From NCBI RefSeq assembly GCF_009914755.1, contig NC_060946.1: a DNA stretch of 64,000 nucleotides; one strand, 5' to 3'. The notes beneath the pieces were generated by a model that ran no database searches, was not told where the DNA came from, and saw only the letters and a program-made list of their open reading frames with translations. How positions within the stretch are numbered: position 1 is the stretch's first letter; every line of letters starts with the position of its first letter. This document shows, in pieces, positions 44,479 through 59,285 of the stretch. The stretch comes from the human T2T-CHM13v2.0 reference genome, Homo sapiens. A program made the position numbers and the translations under genes.

Positions 44479-47400
44479 TTCTCCTCGTCCAGGTACTCAA
44501 ATTACATTTACGTTAAAATTAAAATTGTCCCACAGCTCACTAAAATTCTTCATTTAGGGGTCTTTCTTCTATGTTTCATTTTGGATGGTTTCTATTGCTA
44601 TATCTAAAAAAAAAAAACTTTTCTTCTTCAGTGTCTAAATGGCTATTAATTCCATTTAGTGCATTTTTCATGTCAGGCATTGTAGCTTTCATCTCTAGAA
44701 ATTTAATCTGAGTCCCTTTTTTGACATTTTGACACCTTTATTGAAGTATCTTCTAGAATTTTTATAGTTTCAGGTCTTAGGTTTAAGTCCTTAATCCATC
44801 TTGAGTTGATTTTTGTATAAGGTGGGAGATGAGTATCCAGTTTCATTCTCCTACATGTGGCTTGCCAATGATCCCAGCACAATTTGTTGAAAAGTCTGTC
44901 CTTTTCCAACTTTAGGTTCTTGTTTGCTTTGTCAAAGATCAGTTGGCTGTAAGTATTTGGGTTTATTTCTGGGTTCTCTATTCTGTTCCATTGGTCTATG
45001 TGCCTATTTTTGCACAAGTACCCCACTGTTTTGGTGACTATGGCCTTACAGTATAGTTTGAAATCAGGTAGTGTGATGCCTCCAGATTTGTTCTTTTTGC
45101 TTAGTCTTGCTTTGGCTATGTGGGCTCTTTTTGGTTCCATATGAATTTTAGAATTTTTTTTCTAACTCTGTGAAGAATGATGGTGGTATTTTGATGGGGA
45201 TTGTGTTGAATTTGTAGATTGCTTTTGGCAGTATGATCATTTTCACAATATTGATTCTACCCATCCATGAGCATGGGATATGTTTCCATTTGTTTGTGTT
45301 ATCTATGATTTATTTCAGCAGTGTTGTGTAGTTTTCCTTGTAGAGGTCTTTCATTCCTAAGTATTTTATTCTTTCTTTTCAGCTATTGTAAAAGGGGTTG
45401 AGTTCTTGATTTGATTCTCTGCTTGGTCGCTGTTGGTGTATAGAAGAGCTACTGATTTGTGTACATTAATCTTGTATTGGAAACTTTGCTGAATTCTTTC
45501 ATCAGTTCTAGGAGCTTTCTGGAGGAGCCCTTAGGGTTTTCAAGGTAACTGATGATATCGTTAGCAAACAGCAACAGTTTGACTTCCTCCTTACCAATCT
45601 GGATGCCCTTTATTTCTTTCTCTTGTCCAATTGCTCTGGCTAGGACTTCCAGTACTATGTTGAAGAGGAGTGGTGAAGGTGGGCATCCTTGTCTTGTTCC
45701 TGTTCTCAGAGGGAATGCTTTCAACTTTTCCCTATTCAGTATTATGTTGGCTGTGGGTTTGTCATAGATGGCTTTTATTACATTAAGCCTTTGCATGCCG
45801 ATTTTGCTGAGGGTTTTAATCATAAAGGGATGCTGGATTTTGTTGAATGCTTTTTCTGCATCTGTTGAGATGATCATGTGATTTTTGTTTTTAATTCTGT
45901 TAATGTGGTGTATCACATTTATTGACTTGCATATGTTAAACCATCCCTGCATCCCTGGTATGAAACCCACTTGATCACAGTGGATTATCTTTTTGATATG
46001 TTGTTAGATTCAGTTAGCTAGTATTTTGTTAAGGATTCTAGCATCTATGTCAATCAAGGATCTCAGTCTGTAGTTTTCTTTTTTGGTTGTGTCTTTTCTT
46101 GATTTTGGTACTAGGGTGATGCTGGCTGCATAGAATGCATTAGGGAGGGTCCCTTCTTTCTCTGTCTTGTGAAATGGTATCAAAAGGATTGGTATCAATT
46201 CTTCTTTGAATGTCTGGTAGAATTCTGCTGTGAATCCACCTGGTCCTGGACTTCTTTTTGTTGGTAATTTTTTAATTACTGTTTCAATCTTGCTGCTTGT
46301 TATTGGCTGTTCAGGGTATCTAATTTTTCCTGATTTAAGCTAAGAGGGTTGTATTTCTCCAGGAATTTATCCATCCCTTCTAGATTTTCTAGTTTATGCA
46401 TGTAAAGGTGTTCATAGTAGCCTTGAATGATCTTTTGTATTTCTGTGGTGTCAGTTGTAATATCTCCTGTTTCGTTTCTCAGTGAGGTTATTTGGATTTT
46501 CTCTCTTCTTTTCTTAGGTAATCTTGCTAATGGTCTATCAATTTTATTTATCTTTTCAAAGAATCAGCTTTTTGTTTCATTTCTCTTTTGTATTTTTTGT
46601 TTGTTTCAATTTCATTTAGTTCTGCTCTGATCTTGGTTATTTCCTTTCTTCTGCTGGGTTTGGGTTTGGTTTTTTCTTGTTTCTCTAGTTCCTTGAGGTG
46701 TGACCTTAGATTGTCTCTTTGTGCTCTTTCAGACTTTTTGATGTAGGCATTTAGGGCTATGAACTTTCCTCTTAGCACTGCCTTAGCCGTATCCCAGAGG
46801 TTTTGATAGGTTGTGTCATCACTGTCATTCAGTTCGAAGAAGTTTTAAATTTCCATTTTTTTTTGTTTTTGACCCAATGCTCATTCAGGAGCAGGTTATT
46901 TAATTTCCATGTATTTGCATGGTTTTGAAGGTTCCTTTTGGATTTGATTTACAGTTTTATTCCACTGTGGTCTGAGACAGTGCTTGATATAATTTCAATT
47001 TTCTTAAATTTACTGAGGCTCATTTTATGGCCTATCATATGGCCTAACTTGGAGAAAGTTCTATGTGCTGTTGAATAGAATGTGTATTCTGCAGTTGTTG
47101 GATGACATGTTCTGTATATGTCTGTTACATCCATTTGTTCCAAGATATAGTTTAAATCCATTGTTTCTTTATTGACTTTCTATCTTGATGACCTATCTAG
47201 TGCTGTCAGTGGAGTACTGAAATTCCCCACTTTTATTGTATTGTTATCTATCTCATTTCTTAGGTCTATTAATAATTGTTTTATAAATTTGGGACCTCTA
47301 GTGTTAGATGCATATACATATAGGATTGTGATATTTTCCTGTTGGACAAGGCCTTTTACCATTATATAATGTCCTCTTTGTCTCTTTTAACCGCTGTTGC

Positions 47401-49222
47401 TTTAAAGTTTGTTTTGTCTGATATAAGAATAGCCACTCCTGCTTGCTTTTGGTGTCCATTCGCATGAAATGCCTTTTTCCACCCCTTTACTTTAAGTTTA
47501 CGTGAGTCCTTATGAGTTACGTGAGTCTCCTAAAGGCAGCAGATAGTTAATTGGTGAGTTCTTATCCATTCTGTGGTTCTGTATCTTTTAAGTGGAGTAT
47601 TTAGGCCATTTACATTCAATGTTAGTATTGAAATATGAGGTACCATTGCATGCATCATGCTCTTTGTTGCCTGCATACTTTGGGTTTGTTTTTCGGTTTT
47701 GCTTTTTAAACTTCTATTTTTGTTTTATAGGTCCTGTGTGATTTATGCTTTAAAGAGGTTCTGTTTTGATGTGTTTCCAGGATTTGTTTCAAGATTTAGA
47801 GCTCCTTTTAGCAGTTCTTGTAGTGGTGGTTTGGTTATGATGAATTCTCTCAGCATTTGTTTGTCTGAAAATGACTGTATCTGTCCTTCATATATGATAC
47901 TTAGTTTCACTGGATACAAAATTCTTGGCTGATAATTTGTTTAAGAAGGCTGAAGATAGGGCCCCAATCCCTTCTACCTTGTAGAGTTTCTGCTGAAAAA
48001 TCTGCTGTTTATCTGACAGGTTTTCCTTTATAAGTTACCCGGTGCTTCTGTCTCACAGCTCTTAAGATTCTTTCCTTTGTCTTAACTTGGGATAATCTGA
48101 TGACAATGTGCCTAGGCGAAGATCTTTTTGTGATGAATTTCCCAGGTGTTCTTTGTGCTTCTTGTATTTGCATGTCTAGGTCTCTAGCAAGGCCAGGGAA
48201 GTTTTCCTTGATTATTCCCCCAAATATGTTTTCCAAGCTTTTAGAATTGTCTTCATCCTCAGGAACACTGATTATTCTTAGGTTTGGTCCTTTAACACAA
48301 TCCCAGACTTCTTGGAGGCTTTGTTCATATTTTCTTATTATTTTTTCTTTGTCTTTGTTGGATTGGGTTAATTTGAAGACCTTGTCTTCAAGCTCTGAAT
48401 TTCTTTCTTCTACTTGTTCAGTTATATTGCTGAGACTTTCTAGAGCATTTTGCATTTCTAAAAGTATGTCCAAAGTTTCCTGATTTTTTTACTGTTTTTT
48501 TCTTTAGGCTATCTATTTCCTTGAATATTTCTCCCTTCACTTCTTGTATCACTTTTTAGATTTCCTTGCATTGGGCTTTGCCTTTCTCTGGTCCCTCCCC
48601 GATTAGCTTAATAGCTAACTTCCTGAATTGTTTTTCAGATAAATCAGGGATTTCCTCTTGGTTTGGATCCATTGCTGGTGAACTAGTGTGATTTTAGTGG
48701 GGGGTGTCGATGAGCCTTGTTTTGTCATATTACCAGGGTTGGTTTTCTGGTTCCTTCTCATTTGGGTAGGCTCTGTCAGAGGGAAGGTCTAGGGCTGAAG
48801 GCCGTTGCTCAGACTTTTTTGTCCCATGGGGTGTTCCCTTGATGTAGTACTCTCCCACTTTTCCTGTGCATGTGGCTTCCTGTAAGCTGAACTGCAGTGA
48901 TTGCTGCCTCTCTTCTGGGTCTAGCCACCTAGCGAGTCTACCCAGCTCTAGGCTGGGACTGAGGGCTGTCTGCACAGAGTCCTGTGATGTGAACCATCTA
49001 TGGGTCTCTCAGCCATGTATACTAGCACCTGTTCCAGTGGAGGTGGCAGAAGGTGCAATGGACTCTGCGGGGGTCCTTAGCTTTGATGGTTTAATGATCT
49101 ATTTTTGTGCTGGTTGGCCTCCTGCCAGGAGGTGGTACTTTCCAGAAAGCATCAGCTATAGTAGTGTGGAGAGGGACTGGTGGTGGGCAGGGCCCTAGAA
49201 CTCCCAAGATTATATGTCATTT

Positions 49223-49892
49223 TGAGAGGTGAAGCCGGCTGGGCTTCTGGGTCGGGTGGGGACTTGGAGAACTTTTCTGTCTAGCTAAAGGATTATAAAC
49301 ACACCAATCAGTGCTCTGTGTCTAGCTAAAGGTTTGTAAACGCACCAATCAGCACTAGGTAAAATGGACCAATCAGCAGGACGTGGGCAGGGCCAAATAA
49401 GGGAATAAAAGCTGGCCACCGAACCAACAGTGGCAACCCGCTCAGGTCCCCTTCCATGCTGTGGAAGCTTTGTTCTTTCTCTCTTCACAATACATCTTGC
49501 TGCTGCTCACTCTTTGGGTCTGCACTACCTTTATGAGCTGTAACACTCACTGCAAAGGTCTGTGGCTTCACTCCTGAAGTCAGTGAGACCACAAACCCAC
49601 CAGAAGGAAGAAACTCCAGACACATCTGAACATCTGAAGGAACAAACTCTGGACACACCATCTTTAAGAACTGTTAACACTCACTGCAAAGGTCTGTGGC
49701 TTCACTCCTGAAGTCAGTGAGACCACGAACCCACCAGAAGGAAGAAACTCCAGACACATCTGAACATCTGAAGGAACAAACTCTGGACACACCATCTTTA
49801 AGAACTGTTAACACTCACTGCGAGGGTTCGTGGCTTCATTCTTGAAGTCAGCGAGACCAAGAACCCACTGGAAGGAACCAATTCTGGGCACA
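49223..49892 (+). mobile_element. LTR12-family (ERV9) solo LTR inside the L1PB 5'UTR
   Basis: tgagaggtgaagccggctgggc start; gtctagctaaagg/accaatcag repeats; TSD attt/cttt. Confidence 0.92.
49541..49808 (+). repeat. 134-bp tandem duplication (2 copies plus a diverged partial third)
   Basis: 49541-49674 and 49675-49808 differ at one base. Confidence 0.95.
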
Positions 49893-51094
49893 CTTTGTCT
49901 ACAGCTACCAGGTTGGGTAGGGAAGGACCATCAGGTGGGGGCAAGGCTAGGCGTGTATGAGCTCAGACTCCCCTTGGGCAGATCTTGCCGTGGCTGCTAC
50001 AGGGGATGGGGGTGAGATTCCCAGGTCACTGGAGTTGTGTACCTAGGAGGATTATGGCTGCCTCTGCTGAGTCATGCAGGTTGTCAGGGAAGAGGGGAAA
50101 AGCCAGTCACAGGCCTTATCCAACTCCCATGCAAACCCAAGGGTCAGTCTCACTTCCACCTTGACCCCCGCAACAGCCCCAAATATGTTTCCAGGTGGAG
50201 GGCAAGTTGAGCTTGAAGACTTGCCCAAGGCTTTCTGCCTCCCAGCTGGGAAAGAAAAGGGCTTTAGTTCTTCCCCCGCCTGAGAAGTCTGCAAGCCAGA
50301 TTCGTGCCCTCCCCCAAGTTCTGGCCCAGGCTTCTCGCCCCGTTCAAATTGTTACAAAGTTCATCTAGAAAAGTCCTTGTCCCTGTGGAGTTTTACCCCC
50401 TGCTCCTCTGGCCACCCTCCTGATGGATCCCGGTGGTGCCAGGCAGGAATGGGCTGCTTCGGGATCCACTGAGCTCCCAGGGCCTCCCTGCTGCTTCCTC
50501 TACCCCTGTATTTCGCTCAGCTCAGCTCTCTAACTTGACTCAGCTCCAGGTAAAGTCAAGAACTTCCTCAAACAGACCTTCAGCTTCTCCACTGGGGGTG
50601 TGTGTTCGGGAGAGGGGGGTCTCCCTTTCCCACTTCTGCAGTTGGGGCACTCACAGTATTTGGGGTGTCTCCTGGGTCCTGCAGGAGCAGTCCACTTCCT
50701 TCAGAGGGTCTGTGGGTCCTCTCAGGATTGCTGGTTTGTTCTTGCAGTCGACCTGGGGCTAAAATTCACAATGCAAGCCTCCGCATGCTGCTCTGTCCGG
50801 AGCTGCAACCTAGTCCTGCCTCCCATCCGCCATGATCCCTGGTCTTGCTAATATTTTACTAAGGATGTTTGTGCCTATATTCACAAGGGATATTAATCTG
50901 TAGATTCCTTTTTTATACTGTCTTCTCTGGTTTTGCTCTCGGGGTAATACTAGCTTCATAAAATAGACTTGAAAGTGTTCTCTTCTGTTTTCTGGAAGAT
51001 ATTTTATAGACTTTTTAAAATTCTTCTTTAAACATTTAGGAGAATTCTCTGGCAAAATCATCTGGGCATGGAGATTTAATTTTTGAGAAATTTC

Positions 51095-51320
51095 AAATTA
51101 TAATTTTGGTTTCCTTAATAGTTTGTAGGGCTAGTAAAAAGATCTATTTGTGATAGTGTGTGTTTTTTGAAGAATTGATCCATTTCATCTAGGCTGTTAA
51201 ATTTAAATTATAATTTTGATTTCCTTAATAGCTATAGGGCTAGTAAAAAGATCTATTTGTGGTATTAAATAGTTGGTGTTTTTTGAAGAATTGATTTATT
51301 TCATCTAGGTTGTCAAATTT
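51095..51320. repeat. ~110-bp tandem duplication within L1M
   Basis: aaattataattttg...gggctagtaaaaagatctatttgtg...tttcatctagg occurs at 51095 and 51205. Confidence 0.9.
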
Positions 51321-51419
51321 ATGTGTGTAGAGTTGTTCAAAATACTCCCTTATTATTCTTTTGGTGTCTGCAAGGTCTGTAGTGATATCTCCTGTTTCAT
51401 TACTGATAATAGTAATCTG

Positions 51420-51450
<31 letters not shown>

Positions 51451-51799
51451 CTTATCAAGGAACTAGCCCTTTGCTTCACTGATTTTCTCCATTGTTTTCC
51501 TGTTTCCAGCTTCACTGATTTTGCCTCTTATTTGTATTATTTTATTCCTTCTGCCTTGGATTTAGTTTTCTCTTCTTTATCCAGGTTCTTGAGATGGGAG
51601 CTTCAATTATTGATTTAGACCTCTTTTCTAATGTATTCATTTAGTGTTATATATTTCCCTCTCGGCCCGCCTTTAGCTGTGTCCCATAAATTTTGATATG
51701 TTGTGTTTTCATTTTCATTCAGTTTAAGGTACTTGTTCATCTTTTTCAGACTTCCTCTTTGACTCAAAGACTCTACAGAAGTGTGTTGCTTAGTTTTCA

Positions 51800-52796
<997 letters not shown>

Positions 52797-53171
52797 TGAT
52801 GAGAAATTTTTTTCCCATTCAGGTTGTTTCTCTTGTATAAGATAAACATTTTTCCCTGGCTGCTTTCAAGGTTTTTTTTGTATTTAGTTTTCAAAAGTTT
52901 AGTTATGATGTGTCTTGGAATGAATTTCTTTGGGTTTATCTATTTTGAGATTTGTTCACCTTCTTGAATATTTAAGCTTATGTCTTTTGCCAAATTTGGG
53001 AATTTTCAGCAATTATTTCTTCATATACTTTTCCAGCCCTGCCCTTTTATTTCCTCTCTCTAGGACTCATGATAGGAATGTTGGATCTTTTGTTGTAGTC
53101 CCATGAATTCCTGAGACCCTGATCATTTTATTTTCAGTCTATTTTTTTTCTATTGTTCATATTGGTTAATT

Positions 53172-54059
53172 TCTTTTTCTTTTTTCTTTTTTTTTTTTTG
53201 AGACGGAGTCTTGCTCTGTCGCCCAGGCTGGAGTACAATGGCGTGATCTCGGCTCACTGCAACCTCTGCCTCCTCGTAAAATAGAGTTTTCTCTTCAAAA
53301 AATTCCTCCCCATCTAATTAAGAATAAATAGTAACTTCCCTTAAAAACAAAATTTATTCAAAGACCTGTGCTAACATTCTTAAATATCTGCTAGCTGTAA
53401 TAAATCAATGAACTTTATGTTCTTAGCTCCCACAGTTTAGCCTAAATATTTGCCCTGGCATACTTATACTGGTCCAAACAAGCATTGGGTCATAGCCTGT
53501 TCCTCTTCCTTATTTAAAGGTGTTTTTACCTTTCCCAGCATTCCACAGGTTACTTCCTCCTTTCTTTGTTCTCCTCTGCCTTTGCCCCTTTTAAAAGTTC
53601 TAAGTTGCTAGCCAATCAGGACAAATACAAAATATGAGGTCCCGTTCCGGCCAATGGAAACTGAACACAGCAGCAGGGTAAACACGTCAGGCATCAGGTT
53701 ATAAATGACCCTGTCTCCTTTGTTCAGTATACTCTCGTAACAAAACTGCTGGCAACTGTACCCTTTCTATAAAAAGTATAAAAATGGCCTTACTGAGAAC
53801 ATTAAATTTATGTTCAAGTACAGTTTCTTTACAGCACCGGGGAACAAACATTTCAAACAAGGCGATTCTCCTGCCTCAGCCTCCCGAGTAGCTGGGATTA
53901 CAGGTGCCCGCCACCACGCCCGGCTAACTTTTTGTATTTTTAGTAGAGACGGGGTTTCACCATGTTGGCCAGGCTGGTCTCAAACTCCTGACCTCGTGAT
54001 CCACCCACCTTGGCCTCCCAAAATGCGGGGACTACAGCTGTGAGCCACTGCACCCGGCC
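53172..54059 (-). mobile_element. AluS split by an LTR
   Basis: Parts 53172-53274 and 53860-54059; TSD catattggtta on both sides. Confidence 0.92.
53275..53859 (+). mobile_element. LTR10C-like (HERV-I) solo LTR
   Basis: aaagacctgtgctaacattcttaaatatctgctagc, ctagccaatc, caggttataaatgaccctgtctcc and gcaccggggaac motifs. Confidence 0.8.
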
Positions 54060-55144
54060 CATATTGGTTATTTTCTAATATTCCGTCTTCAAGTTCACTT
54101 GTCCCTCCGCCTCCTCTGCTCCACCTCCATTCTGCCGTTGAGCTCATCCATTGGGTTTTTTGTTAGCTCTTCTATATATTATTTATTTCTTTTTCTCTTA
54201 TTTTATGAAACTTTCTATTTTTTTTTTTTTTTGCTGAGACTATCTTTTTTCTCTTTTTATAATATTTTGTATTTATATTATTGTTTTTTATTTTACTGCC
54301 TACAGCCCTCTTAAGAATTTTTTTCTTTTTTTAAATCACGTTCATAATTGCTCACTGAAGTATCTTTATGATGGCTGCTTTAATATCTTCAACAGATAAA
54401 TGTAACGTCTCTGTCATCTTGCTGTTGGTATCTATCAATTGTCTTCTTTCATTCTGTTGGAGATCTTCCTGGTTCTTGGTAGGATGAGTGCCTTTTGATT
54501 GAAATCTGCACATTTGGGGTATTATGTTAGGAGACTCTAGATCTTACTTAAACCTTCAGTTTAGTTACCTTTTTCTGATACCACTCCAGCAGGGCAAAGA
54601 GGGGTTTGCCGCCTCATTACTGCTAGCTGGGGGTAGAAGTCCAGGTTGCCACCATTGACACCAGAGGGGGGTTCCTCATTACTGCTGCCCAAGAGTGGGA
54701 GCTTCGGCCCTCTGCTAGGCTTCTGCTGCTCTCTCCTGGGTGGGAGAGGCAGGAGTGCCTTGTTATTGATCCCCACAGGGTCCCACTGACACCAGGTCCA
54801 GGGGGACCTCATTACTTCCAGGCAGTGGTGGCAGTCCTGACTCTCTCCTTGGCCTCCTCTGACACCACCCCAACCAGAACAGGGAGGGGTGGCTAATTAC
54901 TGCTGGGTGCAGCTCCCCACATAATCTCCACTGTCACTGTGGCTGGGTGAGAGTGGGGCCTCATTACTATGCAAGGGGACGAAAGCCCCAGCTTCCTCTT
55001 GACCTTCCCTGACACCACCTGGGATGGGAAGGGGGTGCAGGAGGGCAGGGTTGAGGTGCTCAAAGAAAGTGGAAGTCTGGGCTCCCCACTCAGCCTTTGC
55101 TGGCACAGGTGGTATGGGTCCACCGCCTATTCTGTGGTGTTTGA

Positions 55145-55463
<319 letters not shown>

Positions 55464-55789
55464 CTATTTTCTCAAAGTTCTCTGTCTTGCTAGGGGGTGG
55501 CTGGCTAGAAAGAGCATGCTTCTGTTGGGCTTTGTGTGCCCCTGTTGGCTCTTCCACATTGCCCACTCCTCCAGCACCCCATCTGGTATATATCAGGCAA
55601 AAGGAAACCCCAGGGAACTTCTTCAGGTCCTGAGGTCCCCGGTTGTTCTGCCTTCTTCTCCCCACCTTGCAGTATCTTCTTGCATTTGTTTTGTATGTAA
55701 AATCCAAGGTGTTTAGTTGTACTTAGCAAGGACAGGAAGAAGCACATCCACGCCATCTTCCTGGAACCAGATGACTTCTTGAGTTCCTT

Positions 55790-56720
55790 TTACATCTTTT
55801 GTGTCCCTGCTCGGCACACTTAATCTTCCCTCCACCTTCTTGAACATATGGAATATAGTTATAATGACTGTGTTTATTGTCCTTGTCTTCTAATTCTGTC
55901 ATCTGTGTCTTTTCTGGGTCTGTCTATATGGATTGATTTTCCTTCCCATTGTGGGTCACATTTTCCTGCTTTTTTTCCATGCCTGGTGATTTTTTTATTG
56001 AATGCCAGGTATTGTGAATTTTACCTTGTTTGGGCACTGGATATTTGTATTCCTATAGACTGTCTTGAGCTTTGTTCTGTGACACAGTGAAGATACTTAA
56101 AAACAGTTTGATGCTTTCAAGGTTTGTTTCTAAGCCTTGTTGGATGGATCAGAGAGGCCTTTACTCTAGGGCTAATTTCCCTCACTCCCGAGTGCACCAC
56201 CAGATGTCCGTCCTGGCTGATGGGAACCCATATGGTTCCAGCACTCCACGAGCTACAGAGATTGTTCCCTCCAGTCCTTCAGGTGGCCTTCTCCAGCATT
56301 GGGTGCTGTCTTTGCATGCATTAGCTGATCACTATTTGCTGAAGATGCAAGAGGGACTCTCACAAGAGCTGGAACTGTCTTTCCAGTTAGCGCTCTCCTC
56401 TTCCATGCTCTGCGTGTGAATGCCAGCCACTTTGGCCTCCCCAAACTCCCCACTCCATCTCCTCAACTCAGAGATACCATGGGGCTCCAAAGAGATCAAT
56501 AAACTGTTCTGGAAACTCTCCAGGCATTAAGCCAAGGCAGCCATAGTTTGTCTCCCTGTCTCGGAGGTCACTCCCTTGTGCTGCCCGATGCATAATGTCT
56601 GAAAACCATTTTAGACTTTTTTTTGCTGGTTTGTTTGTTTGTTTGTTTGTTTGTTTTCATTATCCCAGGCAGCAGGGGAAATCTGGTCCCTGTTACTCCA
56701 ACTTAGCTGGAAGCAAAGTC
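55790..56720 (-). mobile_element. old L1ME-like 5' region
   Basis: gggtcacattttcctgc...aatgccaggtattgtgaattttacctt...ctggtccctgttactcca. Confidence 0.55.
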
Positions 56721-57083
56721 TCCCAAAGACATAATTTTAAGTGAGCAAAACAAGTTGTTAACAAAATCATGTGTCATTTAACAACAGGGATACAGTCTGA
56801 GAAATGCATCATTAGGTGATTTTATTGTTATGCAATCACCAGAGAGTGCACTTACACAAACCTAGATGGGATAGCCTATCACACACCCAGGATACATGGT
56901 ATGGCCTATTGCTCCTAGGCTACAAATGTCTATAGCATGTAACTGCTCTGAATACTGTAGGCAATTGTAACACAATGGTATTTGTGTTACAATTGTATTG
57001 TATCTAAACATATCTAAACATAGAAAAGGTACAATAAAAATACAGTACAAAAGGTTGCAAAATGGTACACCCGTATAGGGCAC

Positions 57084-57790
<707 letters not shown>

Positions 57791-57947
57791 GGCACTTTCC
57801 ATGAATGGAGCCTGCAGGACTGGAAGTTGCTCTGGGTGACTGGGTGAATGAGTGGTAAATGAATGTGAAGGCCTAGGGCATTACTAAACACTAATGTAGA
57901 CTTTATAAACACTATACACTTAGGCTATGCTAAATTTATTTTTATAA

Positions 57948-58063
57948 TTTTCTTTTCTTTTTTTTTGAGGCAGAGTCTTGTTCTGTCACCCAGGCTGGAG
58001 TGCAGTGGCACGATCTTGGCTCACTGCAACCTCTGCCTCCCGGATTCAAGTGATTCTCCTGCC
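57948..58063 (-). mobile_element. Alu 3' fragment
   Basis: Tail plus part of the right arm, cut at tctcctgcc. Confidence 0.85.
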
Positions 58064-58108
58064 ACAGACAAGGACCAGCTCAAAGGCCCCCTCTTCCCTG
58101 AAGCTGCA

Positions 58109-58541
58109 TGTACTAGTTCATTTGCATTGTATAAAGGAATACTTGAGACTGGGTAATTTATAAATAAGAGGGGTTTACTTGGCTCACAGTTCTGCAGGCT
58201 GTACATGAAGCATAGTGTCGGCATCTGCTTCTAGTGACGAAACTTACAATCATGGCAGAAGGGGAGTCAGCGTGTCACATGCAGAGAGCTGGAGCAAGAG
58301 AGAGAGGAGGAAGTTCCAGCCTCTTTTAAACAAGCAGATCTTACATGAACTCGTAAAGCAAGAACTCATTCATTATGCATATCTAGAGAGAGAACTCACT
58401 CATTACAGGAGCACAGCACCAAGCCATTCATGAGGGATCTGCCCCCCATGACCCAAACACCTCCCACTAGGTCCACCTCCAACCATGAAGGTCACATTTC
58501 AACATGAGATTTGGAGGGGACAAGACATCCAAACCATATCA
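58109..58541 (-). mobile_element. MST-type solo LTR
   Basis: tgtactagttc...ccaaaccatatca. Confidence 0.88.
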
Positions 58542-58980
58542 CCATATCAACCGGGAGGTCCTCTTGGTTCCAAATGAGAGGAGCAAACCGGTCAGCTTAC
58601 ACAAAGGGGAGTGGGGGAGATGCTTGGCTCACATGACATAACACTGAAGGGGCAGGGGCAGGGGCAGGGACCTCAGGGATGACTTGATCCAGGTACCAAG
58701 CATCTCTGAGCCTCTCTCTGTGTCTTTCTGATTTTCACAGTCTCTACCCACATGGCTTGGGGCAGCCCCTCATAATCCTCCCCACTTGAGAGCTACAAAG
58801 GGCCTTTTGACTCCTTCTGAAGTTTTCAAACACCTGCAGGAAAGCTCAAGTGGATGTATTATGATTACCTTGGCTGGAGTTATCTGCCCACTCCTGTAGC
58901 CTGGGCAGTGGCCTTTCCTGCTACAGACAATGGGGGATGGACTGGGCAAACCAAACCCATTGCCAATACAATGCCTATAA

Positions 58981-59285
<305 letters not shown>

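Larger units (their letters stand above)
43060..44722 (-). mobile_element. old L1M (ORF1 region), interrupted by an L1PA
   Basis: ggctgctttttgagattttctcttcatcattggttttaagcaattagattatga (43060-43255), resuming 44479-44722. Confidence 0.6.
44747..50839 (-). mobile_element. L1PB-type LINE-1 with 5'UTR, ORF1 and ORF2 remnants; 3' end missing
   Basis: ORF1p remnant 48009-48473; EN/RT remnants ([45 protein letters not shown]), all broken; 5' end GGATCATGGCGGATGGGAGGCAGGACTAG. Confidence 0.93.

Noticed and set aside
44703-48473. L1 ORF1/ORF2 fragments as functional CDS
   Set aside because: Multiple stops and frameshifts, RT motif altered (FAND), 3' end missing
54600-54970. Spaced cctcattact repeats superficially like a CRISPR-type array
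   Set aside because: Degenerate, irregularly spaced, and consistent with an old L1M 5'UTR subrepeat in eukaryotic DNA
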